From: Vibrio cholerae ATCC 14035
GTDB lineage: Bacteria; Pseudomonadota; Gammaproteobacteria; Enterobacterales; Vibrionaceae
DNA: 32,000 nt
Reading direction: 5' to 3'
Assembly (NCBI RefSeq): GCF_000621645.1
Contig: NZ_JHXR01000003.1
Coordinates: forward strand, 240,001 to 272,000
The translations under genes and the position numbers were made by a program. Each line of letters begins with the position of its first letter. Within the stretch, counting starts at the first letter, position 1. Positions 26,449 to 32,000 of this stretch are shown here, in pieces. The notes under the pieces are model-generated. The model was given only the letters and a program-made list of their open reading frames with translations. It was not told the origin of the DNA and searched no databases.

Positions 26449-27803
26449 CCGACATATTGTGGAACTTTATCGCCTTCATCATTGCGCTGGGCATTCTCGT
26501 CGCAGTGCATGAGTTCGGACACTTCTGGGTTGCCAGACGTTGCGGTGTGAAAGTTGAGAAATTTTCTATCGGTTTTGGGAAATCGATTTGGAAACGCGTC
26601 GGCCATGACGGTACAGAATACTCGATATCGATGATCCCACTCGGTGGTTACGTCAAAATGCTCGATGGACGTGTGGATGATGTTCCCGCCGAACAGCAAG
26701 CCATGGCGTTTGATAAGCAGTCACTCTGGAAACGTTCTGCCATTGTGAGTGCGGGCCCCATTTTTAACTTCCTCTTCGCAATCTTTGCCTATTGGCTGGT
26801 GTTTATGATCGGCGTACCAGCGGTCAAGCCTGTGATTGGCGAAGTGACACCCTACTCGATTGCGGCTCAAGCGGGCCTTGAGCCGGGTATGGAGATCAAA
26901 GCGGTTTCTGGCGTGAATACTCCCGACTGGGAATCGGTCAACATGGGCTTAATTGGTCATATTGGCGATGACAGTATGACGATCACCGTCTCCTCCGCCG
27001 AAGGGGTGGGATTGAATGAAATTAAGACAATAAATCTGCGTGATTGGAACTTTGACCCAGAAACAGAGTCTGCTATGGGGGCGCTTGGCTTTAAACCTTT
27101 TACCCCTGAGATTTCCAATCAGCTGACCAATGTTTCTGCGCAAGGTGCGGGTGAGCGTGCGGGTTTACAAGTCGGTGATACCGTGTTGCAAATCAATGGA
27201 CAAGCGGTTGAGGCTTGGCAACAAGTGGTCAATGCAATTCAAAGTCATCCTAACGCGCCTATCGCAGTTATGGTTGAGCGAGCAGGCCAGCAAGTTGAAC
27301 TCACTTTGATTCCCGATAGCCGTGAGCTTTCGCAAGGAAAAGTGATTGGTTTTGCGGGAATCGCACCAAAAGTCGCAGAATGGCCGCAAAACTATCGATT
27401 TGAATTGCAATTTGGTGTATTTGAGTCGCTTGGTAAAGCGGTTGAAAAAAGCGGACAAGTGATTGACCTGACGGTCAGCATGTTGAAAAAACTGTTGGTG
27501 GGCGATGTTGGGTTGAATAATCTCAGTGGTCCCATTTCGATTGCTAAAGGCGCAGGAACAACGGCTGACTACGGCTTTGTGTACTTTTTAGGCTTTTTGG
27601 CTCTGATCAGTATTAACCTTGGCATTATCAACTTGGTGCCACTGCCGATGCTGGATGGTGGTCATCTGTTGTTTTTCATGATTGAAGCGGTGATCCGTCG
27701 CCCTGTTCCGGAAAAGGTGCAGGAAATGGGTTACCGGATTGGTGGTGCCATCATTTTCTCTTTAATGGCCGTTGCAATCTTTAACGATTTTACTCACCTG
27801 TGA
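26445..27803 (+). CDS. rseP: Site-2 protease RseP (sigma-E pathway regulated intramembrane protease, M50 family)
   Basis: 452 aa with the HEFGH zinc motif in TM1, two PDZ-like regions, and a C-terminal [12 protein letters not shown] motif. Its ATG overlaps the dxr stop (ATGA). Confidence 0.93.
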   Translation: MTDILWNFIAFIIALGILVAVHEFGHFWVARRCGVKVEKFSIGFGKSIWKRVGHDGTEYSISMIPLGGYVKMLDGRVDDVPAEQQAMAFDKQSLWKRSAIVSAGPIFNFLFAIFAYWLVFMIGVPAVKPVIGEVTPYSIAAQAGLEPGMEIKAVSGVNTPDWESVNMGLIGHIGDDSMTITVSSAEGVGLNEIKTINLRDWNFDPETESAMGALGFKPFTPEISNQLTNVSAQGAGERAGLQVGDTVLQINGQAVEAWQQVVNAIQSHPNAPIAVMVERAGQQVELTLIPDSRELSQGKVIGFAGIAPKVAEWPQNYRFELQFGVFESLGKAVEKSGQVIDLTVSMLKKLLVGDVGLNNLSGPISIAKGAGTTADYGFVYFLGFLALISINLGIINLVPLPMLDGGHLLFFMIEAVIRRPVPEKVQEMGYRIGGAIIFSLMAVAIFNDFTHL

Positions 27804-27851
27804 TTGATAAACATTAGGCAAGAGTTGCAGTAAGGAAGAACTCAAAACAAT

Positions 27852-30263
27852 ATGGCGATGAAACAGATTCTGCTCGCGACACTGCTTGCCACGAGCGTGT
27901 CGGCGAATGGTGCCGAAAAATTTGTGGTACAGGATATTCAAATTGATGGCCTGCAAAGGGTCGCTTTGGGTGCGGCGTTGTTGAAAATGCCTGTTCGAGT
28001 CGGCGACAGTGTCGATTCGCAAGATGTCGCGAACATCATCAAAGCGCTCTATTCCTCAGGTAACTTTGAGGATGTCAAAGTATTGCGTGATGGCAATACC
28101 TTGATGGTGCAGGTTAAAGAGCGCCCGACCATTGCAAGCGTGTCGTTTTCTGGCAACAAAGCGATCAAAGAGGAGCAACTCAAGCAAAACTTGGAAGCTT
28201 CGAGCATCCGAGTTGGCGAAGCCTTGGATCGAACGACACTCAGCAATATTGAAAAAGGCTTAGAAGATTTTTACTACAGCGTGGGTAAATACAACGCGAC
28301 CGTGAAAGCGGTGGTAACCCCATTGCCGCGCAACCGTGCTGACCTTAAGTTTGTCTTTACTGAGGGCGTTTCCGCTAAGATCCAACAGATCAACTTTATC
28401 GGTAACCAAGTGTTTAGCGATGAAGAGTTGCTGTCACGTTTTAACCTCAACGTTGATGTCGCATGGTGGAACTTCCTTGCGGATGATAAGTACAAGAAGC
28501 AAGTGCTGGCGGGTGATATTGAAGCGCTGCGTACTTACTATCTGGATCGCGGTTATCTGAAGTTTCAGGTTGATAGCACACAAGTGGCCATCTCTCCCGA
28601 TAAGAAGGGCGTGTACATCACGCTGAACTTGAATGAAGGTGAGCCGTACACGGTAAGCAAAGTGCAGTTCCGTGGTGAGCTGATGGGCAAAGAGGCCGAG
28701 TTTACTTCTCTTATCCCATTTGAAATCGGCGAAACCTATAACGGTTCTGCGGTGACTAGACTCGAAGAGAGTGTTAAGAAAGTGCTTGGGGAATCTGGCT
28801 ACGCCTATCCACAAGTACGCACCATTCCTGAATTTGATGATGAAAAGCAGCAAGTGTCACTGGTGGTTCATGTCGAAGCGGGTAAACGTGTCTATGTCCG
28901 TGACATCCGTTTTGTCGGTAACAACAGCACTCGTGATGAAGTCTTGCGCCGTGAAATGCGTCAGATGGAAGGCTCCTGGCTCAACTCAAAAGACATCGAA
29001 ACCGGTAAGACTCGTCTCAATCGTTTAGGTTTCTTTGAAACGGTAGAAGTGCAAACGGTGCGCGTGCCTGGTAGTGAAGACCAAGTGGATCTTGTTTACA
29101 GCGTAAAAGAGGCGAACTCAGGCAACGTCAACTTCGGTGTCGGTTACGGTACTGAATCCGGGGTGAGCTTCCAAGTCGGTCTGCAACAAGACAACTTCTT
29201 AGGTTCGGGTAACCGCGTTGGCGTGAATGCCATGATCAACGATTATCAGAAAAACCTGACGTTAGAATATCGCGATCCTTACTGGAACCTCGATGGTGTC
29301 AGCTTGGGCGGCAAAGTTTTCTACAACCAGTTTGAAGCTTCTGAAGCGGGCATTGTTGACTATACCAACGAAAGTTACGGAACCAGTTTGACTTGGGGTT
29401 TCCCATTTGATGAATTGAACCGATTTGAGTTTGGTATTGGTTACACCCACAACAAGATTGGTAACTTAACGCCTTATCTGCAAGTGGAAAACTTCCTTGC
29501 TGCGCAGGCGAGTAACATCGATTCTGGCGGTAACTTGTTGACCGATGACTTCGATATCAACTTATCTTGGACGCGTAATAACCTCAATAACAGCTATTTT
29601 CCGACGGCGGGTAACCACCAGCGTGCTTTCTACAAAATGACAGTGCCGGGGTCGGACGCGCAGTACTTTAAGCTGCAATACGATGTTCGTCAGTATTTCC
29701 CGTTGACCAAGAAACATGAGTTTACCTTACTGCTGCGTGGCCGTTTAGGTTACGGTAACGGTTATGGTCAAACGGATGGAAAAGATAACTTGTTCCCGTT
29801 TTATGAGAACTTCTATGCGGGCGGCTTTACCTCATTACGTGGTTTTGGGTCAAACTCTGCAGGTCCTAAAGCGGTGTACCGTGACTACTCGGGTTCGAAC
29901 AATGGCTCCGATACTGCCACCGATGATTCGGTAGGGGGTAACGCGATTGCTCTTGCCAGCGTAGAGCTGATTGTACCAACGCCGTTTGCTTCAGAAGAAG
30001 CACGCAACCAAATTCGTACCAGTATCTTCTACGATATGGCGAGCGTGTGGGATACCGAGTTCGATTATCGTGGTAAAGCGGATTATGGTAACCAGTACTA
30101 TTACGATTATTCAGATCCAACCAATTACCGCTCATCTTACGGTGTGGCGTTGCAGTGGGTGTCACCAATGGGACCTTTAGTGTTCTCATTGGCTAAACCG
30201 ATTAAAAAGTATGAGGGTGATGACGAAGAATTCTTCACCTTCACCATTGGAAGAACCTTCTAG
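27852..30263 (+). CDS. bamA: Outer-membrane protein assembly factor BamA (Omp85)
   Basis: 803 aa. MAMKQILL… signal peptide, POTRA repeats (…ERPTIAS.SFSGNK…LEDFYYSVGKY.A.VKAVVTPLPRNR.DLK.VF.EGVSA.IQQIN…) and a C-terminal beta-barrel ending …F.FTIG.TF. Confidence 0.95.
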   Translation: MAMKQILLATLLATSVSANGAEKFVVQDIQIDGLQRVALGAALLKMPVRVGDSVDSQDVANIIKALYSSGNFEDVKVLRDGNTLMVQVKERPTIASVSFSGNKAIKEEQLKQNLEASSIRVGEALDRTTLSNIEKGLEDFYYSVGKYNATVKAVVTPLPRNRADLKFVFTEGVSAKIQQINFIGNQVFSDEELLSRFNLNVDVAWWNFLADDKYKKQVLAGDIEALRTYYLDRGYLKFQVDSTQVAISPDKKGVYITLNLNEGEPYTVSKVQFRGELMGKEAEFTSLIPFEIGETYNGSAVTRLEESVKKVLGESGYAYPQVRTIPEFDDEKQQVSLVVHVEAGKRVYVRDIRFVGNNSTRDEVLRREMRQMEGSWLNSKDIETGKTRLNRLGFFETVEVQTVRVPGSEDQVDLVYSVKEANSGNVNFGVGYGTESGVSFQVGLQQDNFLGSGNRVGVNAMINDYQKNLTLEYRDPYWNLDGVSLGGKVFYNQFEASEAGIVDYTNESYGTSLTWGFPFDELNRFEFGIGYTHNKIGNLTPYLQVENFLAAQASNIDSGGNLLTDDFDINLSWTRNNLNNSYFPTAGNHQRAFYKMTVPGSDAQYFKLQYDVRQYFPLTKKHEFTLLLRGRLGYGNGYGQTDGKDNLFPFYENFYAGGFTSLRGFGSNSAGPKAVYRDYSGSNNGSDTATDDSVGGNAIALASVELIVPTPFASEEARNQIRTSIFYDMASVWDTEFDYRGKADYGNQYYYDYSDPTNYRSSYGVALQWVSPMGPLVFSLAKPIKKYEGDDEEFFTFTIGRTF

Positions 30264-30277
30264 GAGAGGAACATATT

Positions 30278-30787
30278 TTGAAAAACATGATCAAAGCAGC
30301 CAGCCTTGGCCTGATTATTCTTAGCTCATCAATGATGGCGAATGCGGCTGAAGCAGCGCAGAAAATTGGCTACATCAACACTGCGCAAGTGTTCCAAGCG
30401 CTGCCGCAACGTGAAGTCGTTTTGCAAAAGATGCAAGAAGAGTTCAAAGACAAAGCGGCTGAGCTGCAAGCTATCCAAGCGGATGCTAAAACCAAGATTG
30501 AGAAGCTCAAGCGTGATGGTCAATTGATGGGACAAGATGAAGTAGAGAAACTGCGCATCGAAATCGGTCAATTGGACAGCAAATACAAGATCAAAGCACA
30601 AGCGTTAGAGCAAGCGTCTGCTCGTCGTGAAGCCGAAGAGAAGCAAAAACTGTTTAAAGTGATCCAAGATGCAGTGAAGAAAGTGGCTGAGAAAGAAGGC
30701 TACGATATCGTGCTAGACACGAGCTCAATGCAATACGGTAAGCCAGAACACAATCTGTCTGAGAAAGTTATTAAAGCCATTAAATAA
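30278..30787 (+). CDS. skp: Periplasmic chaperone Skp (OmpH)
   Basis: 169 aa with a signal peptide (…SSSMMANA/AEAA), a coiled-coil K/E/Q-rich body, and the position between bamA and lpxD. A TTG at 30278 is well spaced from AGGAGAGGA; the alternative ATG is at 30287. Confidence 0.87.
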   Translation: MKNMIKAASLGLIILSSSMMANAAEAAQKIGYINTAQVFQALPQREVVLQKMQEEFKDKAAELQAIQADAKTKIEKLKRDGQLMGQDEVEKLRIEIGQLDSKYKIKAQALEQASARREAEEKQKLFKVIQDAVKKVAEKEGYDIVLDTSSMQYGKPEHNLSEKVIKAIK

Positions 30788-30796
30788 TCGAAAATT

Positions 30797-31852
30797 ATGA
30801 CCACACTCACTTTAGCCGAATTGGCTACTATCACCGGGGGGGAGTTGTTCGGTGATCCAACAGCACTGGTCAGTGCCGTTGCGCCTATGGATAAGGCACA
30901 GCTTGGACATGTGACATTCTTGTCTAATCCTAAATACAGTAAGCACTTAGGTGATTGTAAAGCCACGGTGATCATGGTGAAAACCAGTGAGCGAGAACTC
31001 TGTCCGAGTAACGCTCTGGTGGTTGCCGATCCGTATGTTGCATTTGCTAAAGTGGCTCAGGCGCTGGATTCAACTCCTTCTCCTGCACACGGTATTGCAC
31101 CGAGTGCTGTGATTGCTGAAGATGCAAAGTTAGGTCACAACGTTTCGATTGGGGCAAATGCGGTCATTGAGTCAGGTGTTCAGCTTGGCGATAACGTAGT
31201 GATTGGTGCTGGCTGTTTTATCGGTAAACAAGCGCGTTTGGGCGATAACACTAAGCTTTGGGCCAATGTAACGATTTACCACAAAGTGGAAATCGGCTCA
31301 GATTGTTTGATTCAATCTGGAACCGTGATTGGTGCTGATGGCTTTGGCTATGCGAATGAGCGTGGCGAGTGGATTAAAATTCCTCAGCTTGGCTCTGTGC
31401 GTATTGGTGATCGCGTTGAGATTGGTGCTTGCACCACCATCGACCGCGGCGCGCTGGATGATACGGTGATTGAAGATAACGTGATCATCGATAATCAGCT
31501 GCAAATCGCTCACAACGTGCACATCGGATATGGTAGTGCGCTGGCGGGTGGTACAGTAATCGCCGGCAGTACACGCATTGGCAAGTACTGTATTATTGGT
31601 GGCGCTAGCGTGATTAACGGACATATCGAAATTGCCGATGGGGTGACCATCACTGGCATGGGTATGGTGATGCGCAGTATTGAGGAGAAGGGGATGTACT
31701 CTTCGGGTATTCCTCTGCAAACCAATAAAGAGTGGCGTAAAACGGCCGCTCGCGTACACCGTATTGACGATATGCATAAGCGACTGAAAGCTTTAGAAAA
31801 GTTGCTTGAGCAATCCGACACGGTACAGCCCGATAACTCTCAAGCTGAATAA
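30797..31852 (+). CDS. lpxD: UDP-3-O-(3-hydroxyacyl)glucosamine N-acyltransferase
   Basis: 351 aa. The N-terminal domain begins …LAELA…G; extensive left-handed beta-helix hexapeptide repeats follow (…IG.N..I…GD.V.IG…). bamA-skp-lpxD-fabZ synteny is conserved. Confidence 0.95.
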   Translation: MTTLTLAELATITGGELFGDPTALVSAVAPMDKAQLGHVTFLSNPKYSKHLGDCKATVIMVKTSERELCPSNALVVADPYVAFAKVAQALDSTPSPAHGIAPSAVIAEDAKLGHNVSIGANAVIESGVQLGDNVVIGAGCFIGKQARLGDNTKLWANVTIYHKVEIGSDCLIQSGTVIGADGFGYANERGEWIKIPQLGSVRIGDRVEIGACTTIDRGALDDTVIEDNVIIDNQLQIAHNVHIGYGSALAGGTVIAGSTRIGKYCIIGGASVINGHIEIADGVTITGMGMVMRSIEEKGMYSSGIPLQTNKEWRKTAARVHRIDDMHKRLKALEKLLEQSDTVQPDNSQAE

Positions 31853-31936
31853 GCTGGTTTCAAAGGCTCGCACATTGCGAGTCTTTTCGCTGTTGGGTAT
31901 TCCCTTATTTTTCTATTTACAAACAGGATGATGACT

Positions 31937-32000
31937 TTGACTACTGATAAGAAAACGATGAATATCACTGAAATTCAATCGCTTCTGCCTCACCGCTATC
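31937..32000 (+). CDS. fabZ: 3-hydroxyacyl-ACP dehydratase FabZ, first 21 codons (continues past the right edge)
   Basis: A TTG at 31937 gives (M)[20 protein letters not shown], matching the E. coli FabZ N-terminus [23 protein letters not shown]. E. coli fabZ also uses a TTG start, as I recall. In-frame ATGs at 31928/31931 are alternatives. Confidence 0.8.

Noticed and set aside
27700-27870. Sigma-E promoter (GGAACTT-N16-TCnAA) expected upstream of bamA inside the rseP 3' end
   Set aside because: Only a GAACTC at 27838-27843 was found, with no properly spaced -10 element. I cannot support a call from the sequence alone.
31298-31777. 159-aa and 103-aa minus-strand ORFs opposite lpxD
   Set aside because: The hexapeptide-repeat coding sequence of lpxD suppresses stop codons on the antisense strand. 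They are shadow ORFs.
1-32000. Defence island, prophage, integron cassette, toxin-antitoxin, CRISPR, tRNA or rRNA content
   Set aside because: Every sizeable ORF is accounted for by a conserved housekeeping gene in conserved synteny. There are no integrase or transposase genes, no attC/VCR-type repeats, no spacer-repeat arrays and no cloverleaf-capable segments in the intergenic regions.

Overview
This is an ordinary core-chromosome window with Vibrio gene content and order. From memory it looks like V. cholerae chromosome 1, roughly the VC2249-VC2281 neighbourhood of N16961, but I could not verify that here. Gene order: rimK' <- rimB-like protease <- pepD | sRNA/small-ORF locus -> purine permease -> gpt -> frsA -> crl -> proB-proA -> nrdR-ribD-ribE-ribBA -(ERIC-like repeat)- ribH-nusB-thiL-pgpA -> | <- yaeH -(ERIC-like repeat)- glnD <- map | -> rpsB-tsf, pyrH, frr, uppS-cdsA-dxr-rseP-bamA-skp-lpxD-fabZ'. 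I call 32 conventional protein genes, two of them truncated by the window edges, plus one 29-codon small ORF. All reading frames are intact. I found no tRNA, rRNA, CRISPR array, IS element, integrase, phage gene or recognisable defence gene, and no compositional sign of a foreign island. I do not see a multi-gene undescribed system. The most interesting locus is the 877-bp pepD/permease intergenic region. It holds a near-consensus CRP box, an extended -10 promoter, a well-formed 29-codon ORF missing from the ORF track, four short hairpins and a strong intrinsic terminator. That is the architecture of a dual-function sRNA, and it fits what I recall of V. cholerae VcdRP (29-aa VcdP, CRP-repressed). 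I cannot confirm sequence identity from memory. Secondary observations: two diverged ERIC/IRU-like 126-128 bp palindromic repeats, one splitting the riboflavin operon; a ribBA whose GTP-cyclohydrolase-II half lacks the zinc cysteines (RibBX type); a hairpin plus 9-codon uORF directly ahead of crl; a PurR-like operator ahead of the purine permease/gpt pair; and the conserved rpsB autoregulatory leader. Several ORF-track entries carry spurious N-terminal extensions from upstream TTG/GTG codons. I trimmed these by homology and Shine-Dalgarno position.
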